A stretch of DNA of 64,000 bases from Phaeosaccion multiseriatum. Taxonomy: Eukaryota; Protista; Ochrophyta, other classes. Below the pieces are notes generated by a model, which ran no database searches, was not told where the DNA came from, and saw only the letters and a program-made list of their open reading frames with translations. The translations under genes and the position numbers were made by a program. Each line of letters opens with the position of its first letter. The stretch's first letter is position 1. The stretch is taken from NCBI GenBank assembly GCA_965112735.1, contig OZ218962.1, positions 2,790,001-2,854,000 on the forward strand, given 5' to 3'. This document shows, piece by piece, positions 35,653 through 49,053 of the stretch.

Positions 35653-38600
35653 TTTGTGTCGCCCCTTTGGTGCTGCCGTCCCTCTCTCTCCGAAGGCGTT
35701 TACCGACACCATCCGCTGCTGCGTACTGCCCCCCCCCCTCCCCCCCCGCCCTCTATCTGCTGCCATCCTTCCCCCCTCCAGGGGTGTATCGACTGTCTGA
35801 CGAGACCTTGGCCAAAATGCTTGCCGAATGCCCCAATCTGAGGTAGGCGTTTCACTTTTAGCCAATTTGTGCTTAGTTGTGTCGGTGCTACGGGCTGAGG
35901 CGCCTAGTACTCCGGTCATACCTCTGTAGAATGAGCCACGTGCAGCGAAGACTCTTTGGAAGATTGCCATGTGGTTTCACCCGTTCTCCTCCTCCTCGTC
36001 CTCCTCCTCCTCCTCCTCCTCCTCCTCCTCCCGCTGCCCCTCCTCTTATGGGTGCTTGAACCCCCCCCAACTCTCCTCAGCTATGTGGACCTCTCTATCG
36101 ACTATCGACTCGGAGCCAAGGGACTCGAGGCTATTCAGAAGGTACGATCGACGAGAGGGGGAGCAGTTGGTGATACATGGGAGGGAGGAGGAGGTACAGA
36201 GGAGAGGACACCGGGGGCATTCTCCAGTCTGCCCTCGATCTTTGTTTGTGCTGTGCGTCAGGGCTGTGGTTCAATGGGAGGCGGCGCTCTGATCTTGGCA
36301 ATTCATTTCATTTCATTTCATTTCATTTCATTTCATTTCATTTCATTTCATTTCATTTCATTTCATTTCATTTCATTTCATTTCATTTCATTTCAATTCA
36401 TTTCAATTTCATTTTCATGCCATGCCCAAAACATGCTCAGGCATACGGCCCGACTCTGCTCGGTCTGGAGATCCGTCTGTGCGAGCAACTGAGCACCGTG
36501 GAGCTGTCGCTGCTGGAGGGGTTCTCTTCCCTACACACGCTCAATGTTTCATCCCTCCCACACCTCACCGACGAGGTACCCTCACACCCACCCACACCCA
36601 TACAACCCATAGACACACAGACAGAGACAGACACCCACTCTCAGTACACACACTCACACATCCACAGACAGAGAAGACACTCTGTACACTCAACACACGC
36701 GCACACACACGCGCACACACACGCACCCACCCACTCACCCCCCCTCATGCTTGATCTCATTTCATCCGTCCCGTCTGCTGCCATAAACTGCCATAAACTG
36801 CCATCTGGTACCATCTGGTGCTATGGCCGTGTCCCCAGGTGCTGGATAAGGTGCTGTCCAAGGTGGGGCGGAGCATGCGTAACTTGTCAGTGGCTGAATG
36901 TCCGAGGCTCACGGACGGGGCATTGGGCGCTATCGCTAAGCACTGCCACACGCTGTACTCGCTCGACATTGGTGAGAGCAGGGGAGGGGAGGGGAGGGGA
37001 GGGGAGCGGACGGGAGGAGAGGATGAGGGTAAGGGTAAGGGTGCTCTTTGTGCATTTTTTGGAAGCCTCACATCCTCCCAACCTTGATATGCGCGCACAC
37101 ACGCACGCACACACGCGCGCACTCACGCACAGGCTTAAATCAGCTCTTCACCAACAATGCCATACGAGAAATCTTTGAGTCCCGAGGGGGGGAGGGAGGG
37201 GCAGAACCAGGAGGAGGAGGAGCAGCAGCGGCAGCAGCAGCAGCTGCGGCAGGAGGAGGAGCAGGAGCAGTGGCGGCAGAAGCAGGCACAGCGGCAAGGG
37301 GGGGCTTCCTCTGTGCAAATCTGGGCACGCTGTCGCTAAGGGTGAGAGCGCGTAGGGGAGACCTTGAGGGGGCAGAGCGACGTGTGTGCTGCCCATCTTT
37401 TTCTGCTCTCTGGCTGCGCCTGCTTTCACCGCATCCTCCTCAACTTGTGCTGCTGTCATTCCCTCCCATAGAGACAAGCACACGAATTGTCCAACGAGGT
37501 CACTGTTTTTACTTTCTCTCCTTCCCTCTTTCTCCCTTCCTCGCTCTTCTCCCTCTCTCAACCCCCCTCTCTGTCTATCTCTGTGCCTCTCTCCTCCTCT
37601 CTCTCCCTCTCTGTCTATCTCCCTGCCTCTCTCCTCCTCTCTCTCCCTCTCTATCTCCCTGCCTCTCTCCTCCTCTCTCTGTCTATCTCCCTGCCTCTCT
37701 CCTCCTCTCTCTCCCTCTCTGTCTATCTCCCTGCCTCTCTCCTCCTCTCTCTCCCTCTCTCTCTCCTCCTCTCTCTCCCTCTCTGTCTATCTCCCTGCCT
37801 CTCTCCTCCTCTCTCTCCCTCTCTGTCTATCTCCCTGCCTCTCTCCTCCTCTCTCTCCCTCTCTGTCTCTCCTCCTCTCTCTCCCCCTCTCTCTATCTCC
37901 CTGCCTCTCTCCTTCTCTCTCTCTGCCTATCTCCCTGCCTCTCTCCTCCTCTCTCTCCCTCTCTGTCTACCCTCCTCTCTCCTCCTCTCTCTCCCTCTCT
38001 GTCTATCTCCCTGCCTCTCTCCTCCTCTCTCTCCCTCTCTCTCCTCCTCTCTGAACCCCCCTCTATCTCCCTGCCTCTCTCCTCTCTCTCCCTCTCTGCC
38101 TCCCTGCCTCTCTCCTTCTCTCTCAACCCCCCTCTCCCTGCCTCTCTCCTCTCTCTCCCTCTCTGCCTATCTCCCTGCCTCTCTCCTCCTCTCTCTCCCT
38201 CTCTGTCTATCTCCCTGCCTCTCTCCTCCTCTCTCTCCCTCTCTGTCTATCTCCCTGCCTCTCTCCTCCTCTCTCTGTCTATCTCCCTGCCTCTCTCCTC
38301 CTCTCTGAACCCCCCTCTCTGTCTATCTCCCTGCCTCTCTCCTCCTCTCTCTCCCTCTCTGTCTATCTCCCTGCCTCTCTCCTTCTCTCTCAACCCCCCT
38401 CTCTGTCTATCTCCCTGCCTCTCTCCTCCTCTCTCTCCCTCTCTGTCTATCTCCCTGCCTCTCTCCTCCTCTCTCTCCCTCTCTGTCTATCTCCCTGCCT
38501 CTCTCCTCCTCTCTCTCCCTCTCTGTCTATCTCCCTGCCTCTCTCCTCCTCTCTACCCCCCCATGTCACTCACGCGCTCTCTCTCTCTGTGTGTGTGCGT

Positions 38601-39106
38601 GACTGGAACAACTGCCATCTACTGCCATCTACTGCCATCTACTGCCATCTACTGCCATGTAACAGGGGCTGGTGGAAGTGCAAGACGACTCTGTGCTGGC
38701 CCTAGCCCAGAGCTGCGAGAGGCTCCAACATGTCAATCTAGATGGAGCCATCGGCCTCACTGATGCGAGCCTGCTCGGTCTTGCACAGAGTCAAACGCGC
38801 TCGCTCAAGGTAGGAATTCGTACTGAAGCTCGTGTGAGGATGAAGTGAGGACGGAGGGAGGACGGAAGGAGGAAGTGTGATGTGGTGTACGAGTCATTAT
38901 TGACCGCTCCTTCTTTTCTCTCCGTCTCTCTCTCTCTCTTTCTCTTTTTCTATCTCCTTCTCTCTCCTATGTCTCTTCCTCTCCTTCTGCGTCTCTCCTA
39001 TATATATATGTATATCTCCCCTATCTCTCCCTTTCTTTCCCCCACTCTCTCCCCCTCTCACAACATACTAGCTCCCTCTTCCTCCCGCCCAGCTGCCCGT
39101 CACGCT

Positions 39107-39180
<74 letters not shown>

Positions 39181-39406
39181 GCGCACGCAAAACTCACGCA
39201 CGTACGCACCTCCCCCCCTGCACCCCTCCCCCCCCTTACAGACCATCGATGTGTCGTTCAACAGACACTTCAGTAACGAGGGCCTGGGCCGGCTTGTGGA
39301 CGCGTGTGAGCACCTTGAGGAGTTGCACATGTGGGGTTGTCGCCAAGTGGACAATCGATTTCTCAAGGGACACCAGAGAGAGAAGCTTAAGGTCACCAGG
39401 TACTGA
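31349..39406 (+). CDS. RAD7: RAD7/Rhp7-like LRR nucleotide-excision-repair protein with N-terminal RanBP2-type zinc finger and inserted UBA domain (~12 exons)
   Basis: Contains WVCSVCTYRN..CPVCE, WPGPWSTA, the BC-box-like IPSLADKCLTLLVRHFESIDSLG, cysteine-containing LRRs, the UBA LEGMGF..KALL..DLESAVKWIAEH, and C-terminal LHMWGCRQV..FLKGH. Confidence 0.82.
37570..38555 (+). repeat. Intronic 40-bp pyrimidine minisatellite (CTCTGTCTATCTCCCTGCCTCTCTCCTCCTCTCTCTCCCT)n, ~1 kb
   Basis: Tandem copies with variants are read directly inside the RAD7 intron 37342-38665. Confidence 0.9.
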
Positions 39407-41040
39407 TGGATGCGGCACCATAGAGAGAAGAGAGAAAGAGAAGCTCCGGCACCATAGACAGAATAGAGAAAGAGAAGCTCCAGGCCACGGGGGGGAAAGG
39501 CAGCGACTTGAGTAGGAGGCGAGTATTCCTCCTTTTTTCCATATGTAACACTACTATTAAGAGTTATTGGTGTGGTGTACCCACAGAAGCTTCTAAGCTT
39601 CTCTAATATTCTATATCGATCCGATTTGTGGTGTTCGGTATGGATAACGTCACATCAGAGGAATCCCTCAACTCCAAGACACCCAAAAGGCGATTGGCGT
39701 AATTCAGTATGGTTTAAAGGTTGAGGGAGGAAAGAAAATTCGACTGGAGGTGTTTGGGGGGGAGGGCTAGCTAGGCCCACACATAGCAGACAGACGCCCT
39801 TATGTAAGACTCCTGGCCCTTACGTAAGGAACAAGAGTCTCAATTTGCTAGGTTTTATAGTGCAGGGCCATAGAACTGAACTGAACTTAACGAGGGTAAC
39901 ACGACGCGCATGTTCAAACTCGCTAAAACACTTGTTTGGGGTGGAAGAGAGGGGGGGGGGGTTGTGGGTCCTTTAGGGGTCTCTGGGGATCGTATTTTGT
40001 GTTGAGGTGGTCGGGGCGGTGTGGTTACTGCTCTTCGAGGCGTCGGCAGCGGGAAGGAAGGAGAGAGATAAGAGGGTGGGAGGGAGGGAGGGAGGGAGGG
40101 AGGGAAGGAAAGAAGATCAAAAGTAGCGGTTCCTTTTCGTTCCTTTTCTTCAATTTAAAAATGATGTGGAAGCGTTGTCGGTTCGGTTGCCGCTGTCGCC
40201 CTCTCTCTCTCTCCCTCTCTCTCTCCCCCCCCCGCCCTCTCTCTCTCTCTCGCCCTCTCTCCCCCCCCCCCCTCTCTCTCTCTCTCCCTCTCTCTCTCTC
40301 TCTCGCTCTCTGTGTCTCTCTCCCTTGCGCGCTCTCTCTCTCCTGCCTCAAAGCTGACACCTCGGCCTGGGGAGACAGCCCTGACAGCTGACAGCTCTCT
40401 TGAAGACAGCAAAGAACCAACCAACAACCAACAAATCCCTCAATGATGCTCCTTGGATGCCCTCGTGCCCGCCGCCGCCGCCTCCTCCTCCTCCTCCTCC
40501 TCCTCCTCCTCCTCCTCCTCCTCCTCCTCCTCCTCCTTACTTTATTTACATACGCTTCATTGCAGCAAGCCCACATCCACGCTCCGAGTCATCCCCGCGG
40601 TCCCTTCTGCGGCTCCTTCTCTCGTTCTCTCTCTCTCTCTCTCTTCACTTACCCCGACACTCTCCCTGTGTGTGTGCGAGTGCGCCGCGTGGGACGACAA
40701 TCTCCGCCCCCCCCACTGCCCTCCAAAACTGCACAAACACACAACGCACCCCTTTCCTCCACACAACACAAGCGGACCAAGAGCTCCACCGAGCCAGGAA
40801 CAAGCCAGGAACAAGCCAAGTAACAAGCCACTCCTCATGACACCTCTGGGCTGTGGCTCTCGCGCATTTCCTCCCTCATGCAGCGGCATCCAAGGGCACC
40901 ACACCAGCCCCACATCACTTGCGTGGGCTTGGCTACATCACATTCTCCTCCTCCTCCTCCTCCTCCTCCTCCTCCTCCTCCTCCTCCTCCTTCTTTCACA
41001 GATGGCACCCAAAGGCCGGCTGAAGTGCATGCAACACCAC

Positions 41041-43062
41041 TCAGAGGGGCTGCATCACCTCCTCCATCAGCCGCACGAGTAAGTCAACGGGCATGCCCCA
41101 CACGCTGTCTACGCTGCCCTCCACTCCATCCACACAGGGTTGCAGGAGTTGGTTCTCCAGCCGGAATCCACCAGCGCTGCCCTGGCACGAGCCCTCCTTC
41201 ACTACTGCGGAGATCACGTCGTCGCCAATCTCGCCCCAGGAAACCTTCGCCTGAGAGTGTGTGTGAGAGTTAGAGAGAGAGTCCGAATGAGAGATATGGC
41301 GAGAGAAGAGAGAGAGAGAGAGAGAGTGAGATACAATGGAAATATATTGGGATACAGTGGCATGCATGCATCTTTTCCTTTTTCTTTAAATCTGAGAGTG
41401 TGCGAAAATGGAACATCAATTTCGTGTGTGTCGGAGTGAGGTCGGGAGAGGGGGGGAGGTGAGGAGAGGCCTAGAGGTGACTGCACACGGCGTACCTGCA
41501 TGCAAATCGGGTGGTGCATCTATCTACCGAGCCTCCCTCAGATTTATCTCTTCCCCTCGGATTCACTCACCCACTCACTCACTCACTCACTCACCCACCC
41601 ACTCCCTCCCCCCTCACTCACTGTCCTGACACTCACTCACTCACTCACTCACTCACTCACTCACTCATTCACTCACCACATCGACGCCTTCGGCCCGCCT
41701 GCTCGTCTGCGTATTGACCACGCACAGCCCCGACACTGACAGGAGCTGCCGTTTTGAGTAGCTCTTCAGGAAGGTCGTTGCTTGCTCCGAGCTCTCAGGC
41801 TTTCCTCGCACCTCACCCTCAAACTCGATCATTTGGTCTCCTGTTATGAGTACCACAGGCTCCTTCCCTGCTGCTGCTTCTCCTTCCGCTATATCACCAA
41901 CTGCTGCCCCAGAACCGCTCAGTTTATCTAAGATTGCATCCGCTTTCGCCGCTGCAATTAGTTTCACTGCGACCAGATCAAAAAATGATGAGCCACAGAG
42001 CATTACAGAGAAGTGAGGGAGGGAATTGGGTCAGGGAGGAGGAAATTGCAGTGCGGAAGAGGGAGAGGGGGAGGAGGAGGAGGAGAAGGGAGGGCGGGGT
42101 TGGTGAACCGCATTGCACCTAACCTGGGCATGTAAATCACGCTCGTCTTCAGCTCCCCCCCCCCCCCCCCCCCCCATCCTCTCTCTCTCTCTCTACGTAC
42201 CCAATGTGCGTGAGTCCTCGTCTTGAATGGCCCTCTCATCGATGTCCGGTGCCATCACCTCGCAGTCCCACCCCATCCGCCTTAGCACCTCCCTCCTGTT
42301 GGCACTCGATGAGCCCAGGACAATGGGCAGGGCGGTGAGTGAGGGCTGCGGCTGCACATTAAGCTCGGCCGGGGAGGTGAAGAAAGCTTGTGGGTGGGTG
42401 TGCGAGTGGCTCTTGTCAGCGGCCCTCTGTGAGTCTGCTACTGCATCACCATCTGTTGCTGTTGCTACTGATATTGACTCCGCTCCTCCTCCTCCTCCTC
42501 CTCCTCCTGCTGCTGCTGCTGCTGCTGCTGCCATATTTGTGGCGGGAGTGCCATCCTCCTTTTCATGCCGTGTAGGGGTGCCTCCTTTGTCACCAACCGC
42601 TGATAATGATGATGCCGCTGCTTCTCCTCCTGGTCCCTCTCCCATATCGACGCTCACCCTCCCCAACCTTTCCACCATACCCTCCACCACCTCACCCCCC
42701 CCCTCCTTCGCTTCTCCGTCGCCATTGGTCCCCCCGCCGTCGTCGCTGTCACTATCACTGTCACTGTCGCTGCTCCCACTGCTATCGCTGTCCCCACTGC
42801 CATCCTCCACCTCCCCCAAACTCGAGGCCCAAAGTCTCCGCTTCACCCCCGCCTTCGTCCCCGTCTCTGCGTCCTTGCTAGTCTTCTTCAGGTCCCTCTG
42901 CTTCCAGATCTTCTTGCTACACGGGGACAGATTAGAGTCTGTGGGGGAGATAGGTAGGTTGGCCGGCAGAGCTCTCCGAGCGGGTATAGCTGCATCCTCT
43001 CCCAAGCTGAGGGCGCGCGCTTGGTTGGATTTGCGCGTCGCATGCTGCAGCATGCGCGACAT
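41041..43062 (-). CDS. maf: Maf-family nucleoside triphosphate pyrophosphatase with ~250-aa disordered N-terminal extension (exons approx. 43062-42201, 41967-41677, 41250-41041)
   Basis: Contains IVLGSSSANRREVL, APDIDERAI, AAAKADA, LITGDQ..GKP, SAGGF and SVWGMP. Confidence 0.9.
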
Positions 43063-44414
43063 TGTGAAAGAAAGAAAGTGGTACCGCTCCTCTATACGTT
43101 CTTCCCAAAACTGTGTTGTGTGTCAAGTGCGTCTCACACCAGTCCTTCTTCCCCTGCTCTCCGGCCTGCCTCCGCGTGTTCCCGCACCACCCAAGACGCC
43201 AGGGTCCAGCTATTCGGGTGCGAGCCTCTACAGAGCGGCAAAAGCTAATCTGCGCTGCCCCTTTCTCCTCTCTTCCTCGGCTCCGAATCAAGAAACACAG
43301 CTTGGAAGAAAAGCCGCCTCCCCTCCCTTCTCCTATTCTCCTGGGAAAGTGATGAGTTTTAGGCAGCTCAGCCAGCAGTGAGTAGAGGAAGGCCCTCACA
43401 GCTCCACAAAGACCCAGCAAGCACTCCGCAAGTTGTCTGGCTCCGCGCTACCCTCAACCCCCCTCCGTTTCTCTCTGGTCGTGTCTCTGACGGAGATTTC
43501 CTCTCGCTGTCGCTCCAGTCTTGGCAAGCAACGCACCGGCGCAAGCCTCTGCACCTTCCTTTCCTACACACAGCAAGCCCTCCTTGCTAGGTGTTGTAGT
43601 AGCAGGCTTCCTCTCGCTCTCTCCCTATACGATACCCAACCCGCTAGTTCGCGCTGTGCTTCCAAATCACCCCCCTGGGGATGGGGTCCTCCTTAAACGC
43701 CCTCACTTTGAAGAGAGGAGTCAGAGAATATAGAAAGAAGAAGGGAGAGGAGCGATTTGTCTCGGGGTAGGAGGAGCCTTGGACTAGTAGTTCAGAGCGT
43801 GGGGGGAGTGGAGCACTCGACGCGAAGGAAGGAACGGGCTTTGCAGGCTTTAGAGCTCAGAAGAAGGAAGGAGACTGGGGGGAGAGGAAAAGGGAAAGAG
43901 CGGGGGAAGAAGGAGGGAGGGCAGATCGGTGGAGCGGTGCTCTCGCTGTGCCGTCAGGTCTACCCTGAAAGTCACTCACTGGCTTCTCTCAGTTGCGGCT
44001 GTGCTCTGGCGGCCAGGAAGTGCAAAGCGTTGGTGGGCGGGGGACGTACGAAGGGCGTAGGAGGGCGGAGCAGGGCAGAGAGCGGACAGAGTGGGGAGAC
44101 CAAGGGCAGGGGGCGGAGAGTCGAGGGACGGCCTCTGTAGGACGGACGGTCGCCTCGCCAGAGTAGAGCAGCAGCAGGAGCGTTCTGTGGCGCTCCTGAA
44201 TCAGTTGCGCAGCAACACAGAACAAGTAGGGAGGAGAGGAAGGCAGAGTCTTGAGCAGAGCGGCTGGGCTGTGAGGTGGGTGACTGTCTCCAAGAAGTAG
44301 GTTCTGGCGTGGGACACCTCCCCTCAGTAAGGGAGAGGAAAACAGAACAGCAGCACGAGTGAGGGAGGACAAGGAGTAGCAGCTCCGAGTGGCGCCCAGG
44401 AGGCATCGTCAACG

Positions 44415-45466
44415 ATGGCAGAGGTACTCACTTCATCTCCTTCCCTCGGGGGGGGGCTGAAGCGCAGTGCGAGCGTCGCCCTCTCTCCCTCGCACGGCGG
44501 CGGGGCCCCTTGTGGAGCTTCACACTTCGACCCTCAGCAGGGTATGATACCGCATCATCAGCAGCAGCAACAGCAGCAGCAGCACCAACAGCAGCAACAA
44601 GAACAACAGCAGCATCAGCAACAACAACAGCAGCACTATCATCATCCACACCAGCAATTAAAGCGGAGGCGGCTCTTCGACCCAAACGGTACGTGCGGCG
44701 GCCGAGGAGGGGGGGGGTGTAGGATTCACATGAGGCGAACCGTTTTCACCCGGTGTGAGACGCTCTCCGTTTTCGGAGGAAGTCCGGCTGGTCTGAAACC
44801 ATGCCGCCTCATTCGGACGACGGGTGGTGGTTTGGGAAGTCAAGTCTGCTACCGTATGTGGGCGTTACGTTACGTATGGATGGATACCGCAAAAGTTGGA
44901 CCTCACCTCCGCCCCCGCCCCCTCCCCCTCCGTGGTAGAGCAGACCAGCCGCCTCTGTCATAGGTGTAGTTCAGTCCACTTCACCTTGCCTCTGCACGTC
45001 TGACCGTGTGCCCCAACTCCCCCCCCCCGCCCCTCTCTCTCTCTCTCTCTTCCTCTCCCCTCCTCGCATCTGCTTGTCTTGCCCTCGTATGGGCTTTCAT
45101 CAGGCGCTGAGGCTGAAAACACCACACCGCACTTCTTTGCGCCACAACAGCAGCAGCAGCAGCAGCAGCAACAACAACAACAACAACAACCACTACCACC
45201 ACCACAACCACCACAACAGGCCCACGGACACACCGGGGGGGGAGGGGGCGGGGGGCACAAGCGGAGCAGGAACAGTATGGAGGATAGCAGCAGCAACAGC
45301 AGTGGCAGCAGCAGCAGTAGGCGAGGTGGTGAGGCTCTCGTGTTGACGCAACGACAACACGACTCAGCGATGCACGGGCTGCGGGAGGAGTGTGTGAGGG
45401 TCATCGGAGAGAAAGACTCTGCGCTAAGGATCGCCGCGGAGGAGCGGGACAAGGCTAAGAAGGTGC

Positions 45467-45497
<31 letters not shown>

Positions 45498-46008
45498 GAT
45501 GAGGGGGAGGAGGGAGGGGAAGGGTGGAGGTGGTACCAGGCAGAGGAGAAGTAAAGAGGGAGGGGAGGGGGAAGGGGGGAAGTGGTCATGGGTGAGTAGC
45601 TTCCATCCATTGTTGGTTGGCACACAGTATTCACTTCCAGTCAGCACACTCATCCTGTACCCTCCCTTCCTCCCTCTTCCCTCCCTCCCTCACAAACGAA
45701 CAACATGAATAACCTTGTCCTCTCCTCTCCTCTCCCCTCCCCTCCAGCTGCTCGAGTCCATGGTGCAACACGTGGAGGGCAAGGTGAAGGAGAACACTCT
45801 GCTGCGCAAGGCCGTGAATATCCAACACGCCAAGCAGCAGGAGGCAGAGGGGCACTGCCGAGCCCTGCAACAGACGCTCTCCCGAGGGGCGGAGCAGCTC
45901 AAGAAGCTCGAGGCTCAAAACTACGCACTCACCATTCGTCTGAGAGACATGGAGAGTTCTGCTAGAGACGCCTTCTTTGGAGATCAGCGCCCGCCGGACG
46001 TGTTTTGA
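44415..46008 (+). CDS. PolyQ coiled-coil protein related to the C-terminus of plant-type CUE proteins (exons 44415-44688, 45103-45462, 45748-46008)
   Basis: Contains ENTLLRKAVNIQH..LEAQNYALTIRL..PPDVF* and an NLS-like LKRRRLF. The splice junctions are in frame. Confidence 0.72.
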
Positions 46009-46843
46009 GTATCGAGCTGGGAAAGGGCCTGGACAAGACAATTGAGTTTGAGTTTGAGTTTTTAGCGGAGTTGGGAGTTGGCTTTCGGCTTCATCGTATA
46101 CAAGTACGGAAACGATTGAAACGATTGGGTGATTGGTAGTGCAGCTGCGGTGTTCCAATGTACGTGGAGTGTCGCCGGTTGGGGTGCGGGTGCGAGTGTG
46201 TTCACCTCACAGGACTCACGGGGGGGAGCGGACCGGGCGAGCGGATGAAACGATCAAAGGAGAGAGAGAGAGAGAGTGTGGTGCAGACAGACCCCGCCGG
46301 GAGGGAGCGTCAGAGAGCAGCTGCGGCGACAGTTTCGACAGTTTCAGAGTTTCGCAGCGGATCTTAGCGTAGTAGCTGAGGCGTGGAGAGGCGCCGCTGT
46401 CGGAATGAGTGAGTGAGTAAGCGAGTTAAGTGAGCGAGTGATTTTCCAGTGGCAGAGTCCGGTCTGGGTTGGAGCGGTGCGTGGTGCGGGCATCCAAGTT
46501 CCTCATCGAGTTGGTGCTTCATTTGTACAGATGGCAGAGGGAGGGAGGGAGGGAGGGAGGGAGGCAGGGACTTTAATGGCGAACGACACCGTTGTCCATC
46601 GAGAAGCACTGGCTTGGCGCTGACAAGGCAGACCACCGCACTGAAGGAGGGGCACGTGGGAGGTAGTGAAGGAAGGAAGGAAGGCCCTTGCCAGCAGGTA
46701 GAGGTGGCAGCGGTGTTGCAATGTAATTGACCTCTTGGGGGGGGGGGGGGGGCTTCCAAACCCCGATTAGCTTGAGTCGACATCCATGTATGTATGTTTG
46801 TATGTACCCATGCTGTGCCGTCGAAGCTTCCGGGGCTTGTCTG

Positions 46844-46964
46844 GTCAAAGTTCAGTAAGGACATGACCAACGGTGACGTCCCCTTGTCAAAGTTCAGGAA
46901 GGACATGACCAACGGTGACGTCCCCTTGTCAAAGTTCAGGAAGGACATGACCAACGGTGACGTC
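46844..46964. repeat. 42-bp tandem repeat, ~2.9 copies, each containing TGACGTC
   Basis: GTCAAAGTTCAGGAAGGACATGACCAACGGTGACGTCCCCTT begins at 46844, 46886 and 46928. Confidence 0.92.
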
Positions 46965-47198
46965 TTGGTGTAGAGAAAGGAGGGAGCTGCTGTGAGCCCT
47001 CACGAGTGTTCTTGCCAAACACTGGTGGTACGGTCTTCAAATTCTTCCGATGGATGGACAAAAGACAAAACACTGAAGCATTGTGTGCCCTTCACTGCAC
47101 TGCATCACCAACTGGTGTGCTGGGTTTTGCTGTGGTCTTGTGAACCATGCAGCGCCTCGAAGCGTTGCTTCACGTGTATATATATTTAGTACCATAAT

Positions 47199-47241
<43 letters not shown>

Positions 47242-47380
47242 CAATCAACTTCATCCGAAGGGAACAGGAACAGGAATTAATGAGTCGAATCAATTAAAAC
47301 TCGAAAATGTCGCTGGCGGCTTCCGGTGTGTACAAGGCATGTGGTACCAAAGTCCCTGCTACCCCCGCAGCGCCATCCCG

Positions 47381-49018
47381 TCACCAGCCTCCACCGCTGC
47401 CTTCACTCCTCAGGCTGTCGCTCTCAAGACTAGCTGCTCTCTCCTCCTCTTCATCCTGCTGCTGCTTCTGCTGCTCTTGATGCTCCTGCTGTATCACCAA
47501 CTGCCGCGGCTGTTCCGAGTCCTGCGTAGGCCCCCACAGCACCCTCCTCTGCGCAGCTTCGTCCAAATCCCGCCCGTACGTCACCATCTGTGACTCCTCC
47601 AGCTCACCGTACTCGTCTTCCTGCTGCTGTATCACCAACTGCTGCTGCTGCTCGTATGTCATCGCCTCGCCTCCTCCTCCCCGAAGCGCCCCCGCTCCGA
47701 ACGCTCCCGTGCGGCGATGGTGGTGGTCTGCACAGGGTGCCATCTGCTGCTGTATCACCAACTGCAGCGGATCCTCCCCCGCCCCTGCTGAAAGGGTATG
47801 CGCCCGCGCCCGCCTGCCACCACTGCCCCCGCCGCCACCACCACTGCTACTACCACCCCCTAGCCTTCGTCTCTTGCTGCCCCGCTCTCCGCTTCCGCGT
47901 CCTCCCCCTCCTCCTCCTCCCCCTCCTCCCCCCCCCTCCTCCTCCTCCTCCTCCTCCTCCTCTACTCTGACCCCCTCCTCGTGCCGTGAGCCTCCACTCC
48001 TGAAGCTCGCTGTGACCCAGGTCCAAGTCTTCCCGACTCACTTGCCGCAGCTTCGGTGGACCATAACCGTCTGCTGCCATCCCTCCTCCTCCCCCCCCCC
48101 CCCCTGCTGCTGCTGCTGCTGCTGCTGCTGCCTGCAGTCCGGTCCCTCCCTCCCCCCCGGTGGCCCAACTCCCTCCACTGAGGGGGAAGGAGCCGGAAGG
48201 AGTCGAGCCCGTGTTGCCCGTACTGTTGCCGCTGCTCAGATTGCATGGGTCCGGGGCAGCGGCTCCAGACGACCACTGAGCGGCGGCTTGTTGGAGCGAC
48301 AAGGGGCGGCGCCTGCGTAGCCCTCTCCCATGGGCACCTCCTCCTCCCCGCACGCCGCTGGTGGTCTTGCTGTCGCTATTGCTGCTCTTGCTATTGCCGT
48401 TGACATTGACGTCACCGCCTGGCGTCCTCACCGCCCCTGCTGCTGCACCCACCCCACTACATGGAACCTCCCCTCCTCCTCCTGCTCTCCCCCCCCCTCC
48501 TCCTTCCCCTCCTCCTGCTGCTGCTGCTGCCGGTGCTGCTTCTGCTGCTTGTGTATCACCAACTGGGCCTCCTGCTCCTCCTGCTCGTCCTCCTGGTGTT
48601 GTTGCTCCGTCCGCTTCGCCAAGCATAACTCTGCTGCCGCTGCTGCTGCCGCTGCCGCTGCCCGCCGGGGTGGAGTCGTCCTCTCCTCCTGCGCTGCTGG
48701 GGGGGCGCGCAAGGGGGAAAGTCGCCCCAATCTTCTTCGTCGGGGAGCTCGAGTTCGATTTCGAAGTCGATTTCGAATCCGATTTCGAGGTCGATTTTGA
48801 CTCCAAGTCCATGCTATCGGGGACGCCGTGAAGCGAAGCACCAGCTGGTGTGACTGGAGTGATGGGAGTGGTGGCTGGTGCCTCTCTCTCCAGCGGCGGC
48901 GGGGAGGAGAAGGCCACAGTCTTCACGAAGTCTCCTCCTCCTCCTCCTCCTCCTCCTCCTCCTCCTCCTCCTCCTCCTCCTCCTCCTCCTCCTCCTCCTC
49001 CTCCTCTTCCTCCTCCTC

Positions 49019-49053
<35 letters not shown>

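Noticed and set aside
37048-38763. 571-aa Leu/Ser/Pro-rich ORF (and similar ORFs at 5059, 29286, 57928, 59641)
   Set aside because: They are translations of intronic CT/CCCT mini- and microsatellites.
39936-41040. Possible + strand spliced gene antisense to Maf
   Set aside because: There is no coherent coding frame. The (CCT)n tracts match the sense-strand GGA-rich 3' flanks seen after other minus-strand genes, e.g. 13190-13370.
46844-46964. CRISPR-like array
   Set aside because: The units are contiguous with no unique spacers, there are no cas genes, and the context is eukaryotic.
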